Part shown: in pieces, positions 18,180 to 26,987 of the stretch
Position numbering within the stretch: the first letter of the stretch is position 1
Layout: each line of letters opens with the position of its first letter
Origin: an uncultured Terracidiphilus sp.
GTDB taxonomy: Bacteria > Acidobacteriota > Terriglobia > Terriglobales > Acidobacteriaceae
Direction of reading: 5' to 3'
DNA length: 34,290 nt
Assembly (NCBI GenBank): GCA_964481595.1
Contig: CAYZVG010000001.1
Location: 1 to 34,290 of the forward strand
Notes under the pieces: generated by a model
Database searches by the model: none
Told to the model about the DNA's origin: nothing
Seen by the model: only the letters and a program-made list of their open reading frames with translations
Translations under genes and position numbers: made by a program

Positions 18180-18929
18180 GTGCTGAATCGGAAACTACTG
18201 ACAATTGCAGCAGAGCAAAGCACTCCGGCCGGACGCGGCGTTTCGCGGCTCGACCTTCTTCGCGGCCTTCCCGATCTCCCCGTATTATCTGAGACGCTTT
18301 TGCTCATGGAGTTCATGCTCCAGGGGCAGTCGGTGAACCTAACCGGCGTTTCGCAATTGATTCTCTCGGACCTTGGCGCGGCTTTGCAGGTGATGCGTCT
18401 GGCCGGACTCGAGAGCTCGTCTGTTGCCAGCCTTCCCCGTCGCATTGAAGATTGCGTCTCCGGCCTCGGGTTAGATGCCTGCCTTGATGCCATGTCAAAA
18501 CGCCCGGTTTCCCGCAGTGCCCGCCATTCCGGCCTTCTTCAAATCTGGACGCATGCCCACGAGATCGCGGATTTGTGCCGCTCGCTCGCCGAAGAGACGA
18601 GGGGCAAAGTCAGCCCGTCAGATGCTTTCCTGATGGGATTGTGCCACGAGCTTGGCGAGCTGCCTGCCGCTCTGGGCTGGGATTGGCCGCGCGAGTACGC
18701 AAGCAATCCTGACACTGCCGGACTCAAGCTGGCCGAGGCATGGTCGCTGCCGACCTGCATTCTGGAGTACTTCTTCGACCGTCAGGCTGGCCACAGTTCG
18801 AGCCAGTGGGTTGAGATTGTCGATCGCGCGCACCAGTTGGCCCTGGCTGAGTCGAACCGTGAGTTTGAAACGAATCATCCTGTATACGAGGCAAATGCCG
18901 TCGCCTGGCTGCACGCGGTATCGTCTTAA
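18180..18929 (+). CDS. Stand-alone HDOD-domain protein
   Basis: LPDLPVL, LILSDLGAALQVMRLA, IEDCVSGLG, WTHA, AFLMGLCHELG, LAEAWSLP match the HDOD pattern. GTG 18180 chosen because the 18150 start overlaps the -10 box. Confidence 0.85.
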   Translation: MLNRKLLTIAAEQSTPAGRGVSRLDLLRGLPDLPVLSETLLLMEFMLQGQSVNLTGVSQLILSDLGAALQVMRLAGLESSSVASLPRRIEDCVSGLGLDACLDAMSKRPVSRSARHSGLLQIWTHAHEIADLCRSLAEETRGKVSPSDAFLMGLCHELGELPAALGWDWPREYASNPDTAGLKLAEAWSLPTCILEYFFDRQAGHSSSQWVEIVDRAHQLALAESNREFETNHPVYEANAVAWLHAVSS

Positions 18930-19081
18930 GCCTCGACATTGACCGATCCAACGCCCGTATCCTCCATTGCGTTCGCATGAGGACCGGTCCTCCAATCCTG
19001 CGTTAGATTCGCGGTCGAACTGAACTTCTCATCGAACCTTCATCAAACTGTGCATATTTGCGCCATAACCGCCCTATTTCA

Positions 19082-19118
19082 GGCAAAACTTGCCGAGTAG
19101 GATGGCATCCGCCGTGCA
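19082..19118 (+). promoter_or_regulatory. ftr-like palindrome plus sigma-54-like promoter upstream of flgF
   Basis: GGCAAAACTTGCC (19082-19094), then TGGCATCCGCCGTGCA (19103-19118, GG-N10-GC) ending 23 bp before the flgF ATG. Confidence 0.65.
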
Positions 19119-19141
19119 TATCTCTTGTCGAAGGGAATCGC

Positions 19142-19879
19142 ATGGACAGTGGATACTACGCCGCTTGCACGGGTCTTGTGTCTCGGACGCAGGCTTTGGA
19201 CACGATCGCCAATAACCTTGCCAATGCAAGCACGTCCGGCTTTCGGGCGCAGCACAACGTGTTCAGTTCGGTGATGGCCTCGGCCGGTGGCCAGTCAGGC
19301 ACGGCGCTGAACCAGGCGATCAATAATTTTGGAGTTTTGGGCGGAATTACTCTCGACCAGAGCCAGGGCGCGCTGCAGAAAACCGGCAACGAGCTCGACC
19401 TCGGGATCGAAGGGCCGGGTTACTTTGTTGTGCAAACGGCAAACGGTCCCATGTATACGCGCAACGGCGCATTTCAGGTTTCGAGCAAAGGCCAGTTGGT
19501 CACGTCTACGGGCGATGCGGTGATGGGCGACAAGGGCCCGATCACCATGCTGCCCGGTCAGGCCTCAATCAGCGCCGACGGTACCATCTCGTCCAACGGC
19601 GCAGTCTCGGGCAAGATCAAGGTCGTCGAGTTTCCCACCAATACCGAGCTGACGAGCATGGGCGGCACTTACTACTCCGCGCCAGCCGGCACTGCAACCA
19701 CGGCATCCAACTCGAATGTGCGGCAGGGCGTTCTGGAGAGCTCGAACGTGAATCCCGTAATGAGCATGGTGGAACTGGTGACGGCGCAGCGCTCGGCTGA
19801 GATGATGCAGCGCGCTCTGGGAATGTTTAGTAACGAAATAGATAAAACCGCGGCGCAAGAACTGCCGAAGGTCGGCTAA
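19142..19879 (+). CDS. flgF: Flagellar basal-body rod protein FlgF
   Basis: MDSGYYAA..GL, IANNLANASTSGF, TGNELDLGIEG.GYF, YTRNG, LESSNVNPV; first of two rod paralogues. Confidence 0.92.
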   Translation: MDSGYYAACTGLVSRTQALDTIANNLANASTSGFRAQHNVFSSVMASAGGQSGTALNQAINNFGVLGGITLDQSQGALQKTGNELDLGIEGPGYFVVQTANGPMYTRNGAFQVSSKGQLVTSTGDAVMGDKGPITMLPGQASISADGTISSNGAVSGKIKVVEFPTNTELTSMGGTYYSAPAGTATTASNSNVRQGVLESSNVNPVMSMVELVTAQRSAEMMQRALGMFSNEIDKTAAQELPKVG

Positions 19880-19889
19880 AGGAGATTCG

Positions 19890-20681
19890 ATGTTTCATGC
19901 CCTCTATACGGCTGCCAGCGGAATGACCGCCCAGCAAATCAACCTGGACAACATCGCCAACAATCTTGCCAACTCGAGCACGTCGGGCTTTCAATCCCGC
20001 CGCGTTCAGTTTCAGGACCTCCTTTACCAAAGCACTATCATGCCGGGCTCTGCCGCAACCCAGCAGACCACAGTTGCTTCAGGCTTGCAGATCGGCCTGG
20101 GCACGCGCCCCGCGAACACTGAGATTGTGCAAACGCAGGGCGATTTGAGCGCAACCGGCAATCCGCTGGACTTCGCGATTCAGGGCTCCGGCTTCTTTCA
20201 GATTCTTATGCCGAGCGGCCAGACCGGCTACACGCGGTCAGGTTCGTTCCAGCCGGATGCGCAGGGAAACCTGGTGACGGCGAACGGCGATGCGCTGCAG
20301 CCGGCCATCAATATTCCCTCCGCGGCCACCAATATTACAGTAGGCAGCGATGGCACGGTCAGCGTGACCCTGCCGGGCCAGACGCAGGCGCAGCAGGTAG
20401 GCGTCATTCAGCTTGCCTCGTTTCAGAATCCCGGCGGATTGAACAGCGTTGGGAACAACGTTTATCTGCCTACCACTGCTTCGGGCGATCCGGTTGTCGG
20501 CGCGGCCGGCGGATCGGAAGGCCTGGGAACAATTCAGCAGGGAATGCTTGAAGCCTCAAACGTGAATGTTGTGGACGAGTTCGTGAACATGATTCTGGCG
20601 CAGCGTTCTTACGAGTCGAATTCGCGCGTGATCAAAGCGGCCGACGAGATGCTGCAACAGCTCAACCAGTTAGCCCAGTAG
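19890..20681 (+). CDS. flgG: Flagellar distal rod protein FlgG
   Basis: ALYTAASGM.AQQ, FQDLLYQ, GLQIGLG, LEASNVNVVDE...AQRSYE.NS. Confidence 0.97.
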   Translation: MFHALYTAASGMTAQQINLDNIANNLANSSTSGFQSRRVQFQDLLYQSTIMPGSAATQQTTVASGLQIGLGTRPANTEIVQTQGDLSATGNPLDFAIQGSGFFQILMPSGQTGYTRSGSFQPDAQGNLVTANGDALQPAINIPSAATNITVGSDGTVSVTLPGQTQAQQVGVIQLASFQNPGGLNSVGNNVYLPTTASGDPVVGAAGGSEGLGTIQQGMLEASNVNVVDEFVNMILAQRSYESNSRVIKAADEMLQQLNQLAQ

Positions 20682-20693
20682 AGTAGATGCCCG

Positions 20694-21257
20694 ATGACGA
20701 GAACGAACGCAATTCTATGGTCGATTGTTTTAGCCGGCGCGGCGCTGCCCGCTGCCGCGCAGCACTATGCCATCACCAACAGGAGCATTGCGGCAACCAT
20801 GAGCACGGTTGGCGTTCCGGTTTCAGCGGATCAGGTGACGCCGCTCAGCGATGTGGTCTCGTCAAAGCCTTCGCCAGCGATGAGGGTTCGCTCGGTCTCC
20901 AGGCTTGAAAACGGTGAGCTGCTGGCAAGGCTTGAATGCACGGCAAGCGAGGAATGTCTGCCGTTCTTTGTAAGCGTGCGCACGTCGCAAGGCGGCGGAG
21001 CGCAAGCTGACGGAGGCACGGTGAGCGCGTTGCCGGTTTCACTCACGCAGAAACAGGAGCCCAGATCGATCGTGGTGCGCGCCGGTGCAAAGGCGATGCT
21101 TGAACTCGATGGCAGTCACGTGCAGATTCGCATGCCCGTGGTTTGCCTGCAGAGCGGCGGCATTGGGCAGACGATTCGCGTGATGGACAAGAGCCATCGC
21201 CAGGTTTATCAGGCCGAAGTGGTTGACGACGGATTTGTGAAGGGGAGGCTGCAGTAA
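20694..21257 (+). CDS. flgA: P-ring assembly chaperone FlgA-like protein
   Basis: Signal peptide; C-terminal VVRAG...IRMPVVCLQSGGIGQTIRV...AEVV pattern; lies between flgG and flgH. Confidence 0.8.
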   Translation: MTRTNAILWSIVLAGAALPAAAQHYAITNRSIAATMSTVGVPVSADQVTPLSDVVSSKPSPAMRVRSVSRLENGELLARLECTASEECLPFFVSVRTSQGGGAQADGGTVSALPVSLTQKQEPRSIVVRAGAKAMLELDGSHVQIRMPVVCLQSGGIGQTIRVMDKSHRQVYQAEVVDDGFVKGRLQ

Positions 21258-21970
21258 TGTTCAACGCAAAGCCAAGCGGCTGGCAGCTTGCCTGCATTGA
21301 GATTGTGGTGGCCTCGCTCGTGGTCCCGATGGCGCATGGGTGGACCAGCAAGAAGAACAGCCCTGCCCAGTTGCGGACCGACTACATTGCCCGCCTGCAG
21401 GAGCAGGAACCGCCCAAGCCGGAGCACACCCTTGGCAGTCTTTGGAACCAAGGCGACCTGTCGGAGCTATCCACCGACTACAAGGCGCGCAAGCTCAACG
21501 ATACCGTTGTGATTCTCGTATCGGTGGCTACCACGGCCAGCCAAAGCGGAGACGTGAACAGCGCGCGTGCCTTCCAGACCAGCTCGGCGATCACCGGCCT
21601 GGCCGGGGATGTGAACACCAAGGGCCTGAACCCGCTGTTCAACGCCAACTCCAACACCACGCTCAAGGGATCGGGCGCAACCGGTTCCAGCACCAACTTT
21701 CAAACCAGCATGACCGCGCAGGTGATTGCGGTACTGCCCAGCGGCAATCTGATTATCGAAGCGCAACGCAAGATTTTTATGAACAACCAGCATGAGGATG
21801 TGACCGTTCGCGGGGTTGTGCGGCCCAACGACATTGGATCGAACAATACCGTCTCCTCTGCTGCGCTCAGCAATCTTGAAATCGAGATGAAAGGGAAGGG
21901 AATTATCGCCGACAGCACGCGTCCGCCGAACCGCATTACGCGCGCCGTGCTCTGGCTCCTTGGGTTCTGA
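21257..21970 (+). CDS. flgH: Flagellar L-ring protein FlgH
   Basis: GSLW, DYKARKLNDTVVILV, VIAVLPSGNLIIE, GVVRPNDI..NNTVSS. Confidence 0.95.
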   Translation: MFNAKPSGWQLACIEIVVASLVVPMAHGWTSKKNSPAQLRTDYIARLQEQEPPKPEHTLGSLWNQGDLSELSTDYKARKLNDTVVILVSVATTASQSGDVNSARAFQTSSAITGLAGDVNTKGLNPLFNANSNTTLKGSGATGSSTNFQTSMTAQVIAVLPSGNLIIEAQRKIFMNNQHEDVTVRGVVRPNDIGSNNTVSSAALSNLEIEMKGKGIIADSTRPPNRITRAVLWLLGF

Positions 21971-23289
21971 TGAAGATGATTTCCATCCGTACAAATTCGT
22001 GTGCGCGTATTGCCGGGCTTGCTGTCTGGGCGCTGGTGCTTGGCTTTGTTTCGCTGCCGCTGACACCTCGCGCCGCAGCAGACACCTCAAACCATCGCGT
22101 TCTCATCCGCGACATTACCAGCATTCAAGGCGTGCGTAACAATATGCTCGTGGGCTACGGGCTAGTGGTTGGCCTCAACCGCACCGGCGACTCGCAGCAG
22201 ACTTACTTTACTGTGCAGACATTGGCCAATGCCATGCAGAAGATGGGCGTTCTTATCTCGCCCTCGCAGGTTGAGGTCAAGAATGTGGCTGCCGTATTTA
22301 TTACCGCGTCGCTGCCGCCGTTTGCGCGGCCGGGTTCCACGCTCGATGTCACCGTATCTTCAGTCGGCGACGCCAAGAGTCTTTCCGGCGGAGTGCTGTT
22401 GATGAGCGCGCTGCACGGTCCGGATGGCCAGGTGTATGCCGAGGCGCAAGGGCCGCTGATTCTGGGTGGCTATACCACGGGCAGTGGCACGAATGGCAAG
22501 GAAGTGAACTCCGTAACGGTGGGCGCGATTCCAAACGGAGGAATCGTTGAGCGCGATGCCTCTGTCGATCTGCATGATTTCAAGACTGTGTCGCTGCTGC
22601 TGCGCAATCCCGATTTCACAACCGCCAAGCAGATTGCCGATACGGTCAACGATGAGTTCCACAAAGCGGTAGCCACGGCAGTCGATAGCGGGCGTGTGGA
22701 CGTGGATGTGGCAGACGCAGGCTCGGCTTCCATTCCAACGTTGATCTCTCGGGTTCAAAGCCTTTCGCTCAACGTGTTCACACCGGCCAAAATCGTCATC
22801 AACGAGCGGACGGGCACCATCGTTCTGGGCGGCGACGTAAAGCTGACACCGGTTTCGGTGATCCATGGCAATCTGTCGATTGAGGTGGTGACCACTTACA
22901 CGGTCGCTCCGGTTCCGGGCGGAATCGCGCAGGGATACACAGAGCGTAGCGGGGCACAGGGAGCGGGCCAGTCGGGCAAAGGCGCCGCGGCAGGCTCCGG
23001 TGCGTCTGGCGCAGATACCGGCCAAGCGGCGCAGAATCAGAATGGCGGACAAGGCGGCGGGCAGGGAACGGAAAAGTTTAGCGTTTCGACTCCCGAAGCG
23101 CTGGTTCCGCAGACCACGGTGAACGTTACCGATGCGCCCGCGCAGACGATGCGCCTGGACGACGGGGCGAACGTGGACGAATTGGTAAATGGATTGCATG
23201 CAATTGGAACGACGGCGCGCGATGTCGTGGCCATCCTGCAGGCGATCAAGGCTGAAGGCGGTCTTCAGGCGGAATTGGAGGTTCAATAA
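21970..23289 (+). CDS. flgI: Flagellar P-ring protein FlgI
   Basis: GVRNNMLVGYGLVVGL..TGD, KNVAAV, GDAKSL.GG.L, INERTGTIV, ILQAIKAEGGLQAEL. Confidence 0.97.
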   Translation: MKMISIRTNSCARIAGLAVWALVLGFVSLPLTPRAAADTSNHRVLIRDITSIQGVRNNMLVGYGLVVGLNRTGDSQQTYFTVQTLANAMQKMGVLISPSQVEVKNVAAVFITASLPPFARPGSTLDVTVSSVGDAKSLSGGVLLMSALHGPDGQVYAEAQGPLILGGYTTGSGTNGKEVNSVTVGAIPNGGIVERDASVDLHDFKTVSLLLRNPDFTTAKQIADTVNDEFHKAVATAVDSGRVDVDVADAGSASIPTLISRVQSLSLNVFTPAKIVINERTGTIVLGGDVKLTPVSVIHGNLSIEVVTTYTVAPVPGGIAQGYTERSGAQGAGQSGKGAAAGSGASGADTGQAAQNQNGGQGGGQGTEKFSVSTPEALVPQTTVNVTDAPAQTMRLDDGANVDELVNGLHAIGTTARDVVAILQAIKAEGGLQAELEVQ

Positions 23290-23715
23290 ATGGCAACGAG
23301 TCTCATCTCCGGCTCTTTGGCGGCCCAGGCGCAAACCAGCATGATGCAGTCGCGCGAAGACAGCGCGCTTAAGCAGATTCAGTCCGCGCAGGGGTCGAAA
23401 AGCGACTCCAAGATCGACAAAAGCGCGAAGGAATTTGAATCCATGCTGTTAACCAGTTGGCTTCAGCAGGCTGAACAATCCATGGCCACAGTGCCCGGCG
23501 CGGAGGACGATGAAGATGCCCCCGGAAAAGACCAGATGATGAGTCTCGGGGTGCAATCGCTTGCATCGTCAATGGTTGCGTCCGGCGGCATCGGGATTGC
23601 CAGCATGATTTCAAAGGCGCTTCATGCGGCCGCGGATAAAAACGATCAATCTACCACAGGAACCGCCGCTGGCCCGGCGCAAGTCAAAGGAAATCAAATT
23701 GAAAAACGATACTGA
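23290..23715 (+). CDS. flgJ: Rod-binding FlgJ (single domain, no muramidase)
   Basis: AKEFESMLL and GGIGIASMI motifs; 141 aa; directly after flgI. Confidence 0.8.
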   Translation: MATSLISGSLAAQAQTSMMQSREDSALKQIQSAQGSKSDSKIDKSAKEFESMLLTSWLQQAEQSMATVPGAEDDEDAPGKDQMMSLGVQSLASSMVASGGIGIASMISKALHAAADKNDQSTTGTAAGPAQVKGNQIEKRY

Positions 23716-23724
23716 GAGTTGCAT

Positions 23725-23752
23725 TAAACTTTGGGGATCGATGTGCCGATAG
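23725..23752 (+). promoter_or_regulatory. Sigma-28 promoter for flgM-flgN-flgK-flgL
   Basis: TAAA-N16-GCCGATAG. Confidence 0.85.
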
Positions 23753-23780
23753 GGACGCAGGCACAAAAGAGGGAGTCGAA

Positions 23781-24065
23781 ATGAGAATCGATCTATCGCA
23801 AGCAACGGAGAGCCTGCTCACAAGCGATCCGAACCCGAACCAGGTGAGCAAGCAGAACAGCGCTACGACCGAGCTTACAGGCGGAGAAGATCGTACCACC
23901 CTTGCCTCTGCTCAGCAGTCGATCGGCACGCTGGTCGGCACGGCGATGAGTTCCCCCGACGTTCGGCAAAATCTGGTCGACAGCCTGAAGCAGTCAATCA
24001 ACAGCGGGCAGTACGAACTTAACCCCGGCAAAATTGCTTCGTCGATGATTGACGAGCACGCATAA
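23781..24065 (+). CDS. flgM: Anti-sigma-28 factor FlgM
   Basis: DRTTL.S and PDVRQNLVDSLKQSINSGQY.LNP.KIASSMI. Confidence 0.92.
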   Translation: MRIDLSQATESLLTSDPNPNQVSKQNSATTELTGGEDRTTLASAQQSIGTLVGTAMSSPDVRQNLVDSLKQSINSGQYELNPGKIASSMIDEHA

Positions 24066-24121
24066 GCTCGCAAACCAGTCAGGCTCCGGGGCCTGAAAGC
24101 TATGCACGGAAAGCACCAGGA

Positions 24122-24550
24122 ATGACTTCGAGCAGCATTCAGGACCGGAATGGAAAGCTGGAGGAGTACCTTCAGTTGTTGCGCTCTATGAGCTTTGAGC
24201 TCGAGCGCGCCATGTCCGCAATCTCGCAGAACTCGATTCAGGCGCTCGAAGAAAGTCTCTCGAATCAGGAGGCCTTCAGCACGCGCCTGGTTGAATTGGC
24301 CGACGACCTTGGCCAGTCGCAAAGAGAGACCGCCACCCATCGCCAGCCGCTCGCCGACGATGGTTTGATGGACCATATCAACGCGGCCTCGGAATCGTTG
24401 CAGAAGTTGAATCGCCGCTATTCCGCGCTGCTCAAGTTCTCCAGCCGGTCGGTGGCGTTGATGGTTTCACTTTTCAGTTCCTATCAAGGACAGTTTCAGG
24501 AGGGTTCTGGCCCCAGGTTGAAGCTTGAAACCTGGTCATGCCAGATGTGA
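24122..24550 (+). CDS. flgN: FlgN-like export chaperone
   Basis: 142-aa helical protein between flgM and flgK with an LQKLNRRY..LL pattern; assignment rests mainly on synteny. Confidence 0.65.
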   Translation: MTSSSIQDRNGKLEEYLQLLRSMSFELERAMSAISQNSIQALEESLSNQEAFSTRLVELADDLGQSQRETATHRQPLADDGLMDHINAASESLQKLNRRYSALLKFSSRSVALMVSLFSSYQGQFQEGSGPRLKLETWSCQM

Positions 24551-24555
24551 TTGCT

Positions 24556-25935
24556 ATGGGCGGACTGAGCACATCTCTGTTGATCGGCGTACAAGCGCTG
24601 GAAGTGAGCCAGGGTGCGCTCAACGCGACCAGCAACAACATAGCGAACGCAAATACCGCGGGGTACACACGCGAGGTTCCCGCGATATCGGAGAACGCCG
24701 AGAGCGTGTCGGGCGGAGTAGTGACGGGCGGCGGCGTTACCCTTACCGGGCTGCAAAGCGTCCGGGACGAACTGCTGAATCTGCAGATTCAGCAGCAGAC
24801 ATCGTCGCAGAGCCAGGCGGATACAACGTCGACAGCGCTCAGCCAGGTGCAGACCTACTTCAGCACCTCCGGCACGGATATCGAGACCGCATTCGCCAAC
24901 TTCTCCAGCAGCTTGGCCGCGCTTTCTTCCAACCCATCCAGCTCGTCCCAGCAGGCAGGAGTTATCTCCAACGGGAAGAACTTGGCCCAGGCATTCAACA
25001 ACACCGCGAACGGCCTCACCAATGTACAGTCGGCGATGGACGAGCAAGTCACGCAGACCGTTTCTCAAATCAACACTCTCAGCAAGCAGATTGCGCAGCT
25101 CAATTCGCAGCTTTCTCAGTTGACGGCTGCCGGCCAGAGCGGCGGAACGGTTGAGGATCAGCGCGATCAACTGGTTCAGAATCTGTCGCAGCTCACCGGT
25201 ATATCCGTAACGCAAAGCAGCAATGGCGAAGTGATTACCACGGGCAATGGAACCCCACTGGTGATGGGCAGTCAGAGCTTTACATTGCAAACGACAACGG
25301 GCAGCGACGGCATGCAGCAGGTGCTTGATTCGAGCGGCAACAACGTCACTTCCTCGATTCAAGGCGGCACGCTGGGCGCTTCGATTACGGTGCGCGACCA
25401 GACGATTCCCAGCTACCTTTCGCAACTGAATACGCTGGCCACTCAGTTTGCTTCGGCCTTCAACGCCGCCCAGGCCAAGGGCTACGACTCGAACGGGAAC
25501 ACCGGCCAGGCTTTCTTCTCCGTGCCGTCGAGCGGCACTGGCGCCGCCGCTGGACTTGCGGTCGCCATCACCGATCCGTCGCAGATTGCCATCAGTTCCG
25601 ATGGCTCGGCGGGCAGCAACGGCAACGTCGCTAATCTTTCAGCCGCGTTGACCGCTGCACTTCCATCCGGAAAGTCCCCGGCTCAGTCTTTCTCCGACCT
25701 TGTGTATCAGGTCGGCAACGATGCCTCGAACGCAAACACGCAATCCAGCGCTATCGCCGCCAACCTGCTGCAATTGACCAATCAGCAGAGCTCGGTCTCT
25801 GGCGTGAGCATCGACGAAGAGACAACCAACCTGATTCGTTATCAAACTGCTTACGAGGCCGCGGCCAGAATCGTGAGCACAATCCAGGCGCTTTCAGCCG
25901 TGCCCCTCGATATGGGTGCTTCGCAGAGCTATTAA
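24556..25935 (+). CDS. flgK: Hook-associated protein FlgK
   Basis: TSNNIANANTAGYTRE, EDQRDQL, SGVSIDEE..NLIRYQTAYEAAARIV. Confidence 0.97.
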   Translation: MGGLSTSLLIGVQALEVSQGALNATSNNIANANTAGYTREVPAISENAESVSGGVVTGGGVTLTGLQSVRDELLNLQIQQQTSSQSQADTTSTALSQVQTYFSTSGTDIETAFANFSSSLAALSSNPSSSSQQAGVISNGKNLAQAFNNTANGLTNVQSAMDEQVTQTVSQINTLSKQIAQLNSQLSQLTAAGQSGGTVEDQRDQLVQNLSQLTGISVTQSSNGEVITTGNGTPLVMGSQSFTLQTTTGSDGMQQVLDSSGNNVTSSIQGGTLGASITVRDQTIPSYLSQLNTLATQFASAFNAAQAKGYDSNGNTGQAFFSVPSSGTGAAAGLAVAITDPSQIAISSDGSAGSNGNVANLSAALTAALPSGKSPAQSFSDLVYQVGNDASNANTQSSAIAANLLQLTNQQSSVSGVSIDEETTNLIRYQTAYEAAARIVSTIQALSAVPLDMGASQSY

Positions 25936-25940
25936 TCGAT

Positions 25941-26843
25941 ATGCGCGTAAATCCAAACATGGTTCCGAACATGCTCGCCGACCTGGCGCAAAGCCAGTCG
26001 GCGCTGAACACCGCCCTGCAAGAGGTGGCAACCGGCAAGAGTGTCAGTCAGCCCTCCGACAACCCCTCTGCCTCTGCTGACATGGTGCAGAACAGCATTG
26101 AAACCGCCAACGTCGACCAGTACACGCAAAACACCAGCAGTGCGCTGTCGATGGTGCAAACCGCGGACTCATCGCTTAGTTCCGTTGTAACGTCGCTGAC
26201 GCAGGCAATATCATTGGGCACCGAAGCATCGAACGGCACCATAAACGCCTCCAATCTGCAGGCGATTGCTACGCAAGTGCAGGGGATTCTTTCGAGCGTG
26301 GTGTCGCAGGCGAATACCGACTACGAGGGAGTTTACCTGTTTGGTGGAACGGCCAGCACTACCGCCCCATATACGGCGAGCTCCTCTTCGGCCTCGGGCT
26401 ACACCTATAACGGCAACAACAATTCAAACTCCGTTGCCATTGGCGACGATCAGTCCGTTCAAGTGAATCTTCCCGGGAGTCAGGTCTTTTCCAACTCCAC
26501 TACCGATGTGCTTGGTTCGCTCTCGTCGCTTGTCTCTGCCATCCAAAGCGGCAGTAGTTCCGCGATTGAGAGTGCAACTTCATCGGTGAGCGCCGCACTT
26601 AGTTACGTCGATCAGCAGCGTGTCGTCTACGGCAATGCGGAGACTCAGTTGAATTCGCAGGAAACATATCTGCAGAATGAGACTGTAAACCTGACATCGC
26701 AGCAGACTTCGCTGATCGGAATTGATGAGGCTACAGCAGCGGAAACCCTGAGCGCGGATGAGACCGCCAACAGCGCGGCGCTAGCTGCCGCGGCAAAGGT
26801 GCTGCCCACAACGCTGCTTAACTACCTTTCGACACCGCAATAA
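25941..26843 (+). CDS. flgL: Hook-associated protein FlgL
   Basis: MRV..., ATGKSVSQPSDNP, ANTDYEGVYLFGG, TLLNYL. Confidence 0.95.
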   Translation: MRVNPNMVPNMLADLAQSQSALNTALQEVATGKSVSQPSDNPSASADMVQNSIETANVDQYTQNTSSALSMVQTADSSLSSVVTSLTQAISLGTEASNGTINASNLQAIATQVQGILSSVVSQANTDYEGVYLFGGTASTTAPYTASSSSASGYTYNGNNNSNSVAIGDDQSVQVNLPGSQVFSNSTTDVLGSLSSLVSAIQSGSSSAIESATSSVSAALSYVDQQRVVYGNAETQLNSQETYLQNETVNLTSQQTSLIGIDEATAAETLSADETANSAALAAAAKVLPTTLLNYLSTPQ

Positions 26844-26891
26844 GGGCGGCAATTCCAAACAATCAAGATCGCGCAGATATCTTGTTAAGCG

Positions 26892-26933
26892 AGCCTGCCC
26901 ATGCAACTGTGATCGCAGTTGCATGGGCAGACT
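26892..26933. terminator. Long palindrome between convergent flgL and fliS, probable bidirectional terminator
   Basis: AGCCTGCCCATGCAACTGTGA|TCGCAGTTGCATGGGCAGACT: 21-bp arms with 2 mismatches, including a perfect 15-bp stem. Confidence 0.7.
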
Positions 26934-26987
26934 TTCGTTGTACAGGGAATTGGTGCGGACTCGAAACGCGCGCGATGGCAGCAATCG

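Noticed and set aside
18174-18189. TGGCACG as a sigma-54 -24 box before the HDOD gene
   Set aside because: No GC at the -12 position; the sigma-28 match explains the region better.
24066-24121. Possible c-di-GMP-I riboswitch (GCAAACC plus a hairpin) between flgM and flgN
   Set aside because: Lacks the GNRA-capped P2, the GACGCAAA segment and P3; only a small CAGGCTCCGGGGCCTG hairpin is present.
22360-25425. Long minus-strand ORFs (22360-23334, 24496-25425) and similar ones opposite flhA, fliK and bcsA
   Set aside because: They lie opposite well-supported genes, which is expected in high-GC DNA, and encode no recognisable proteins.
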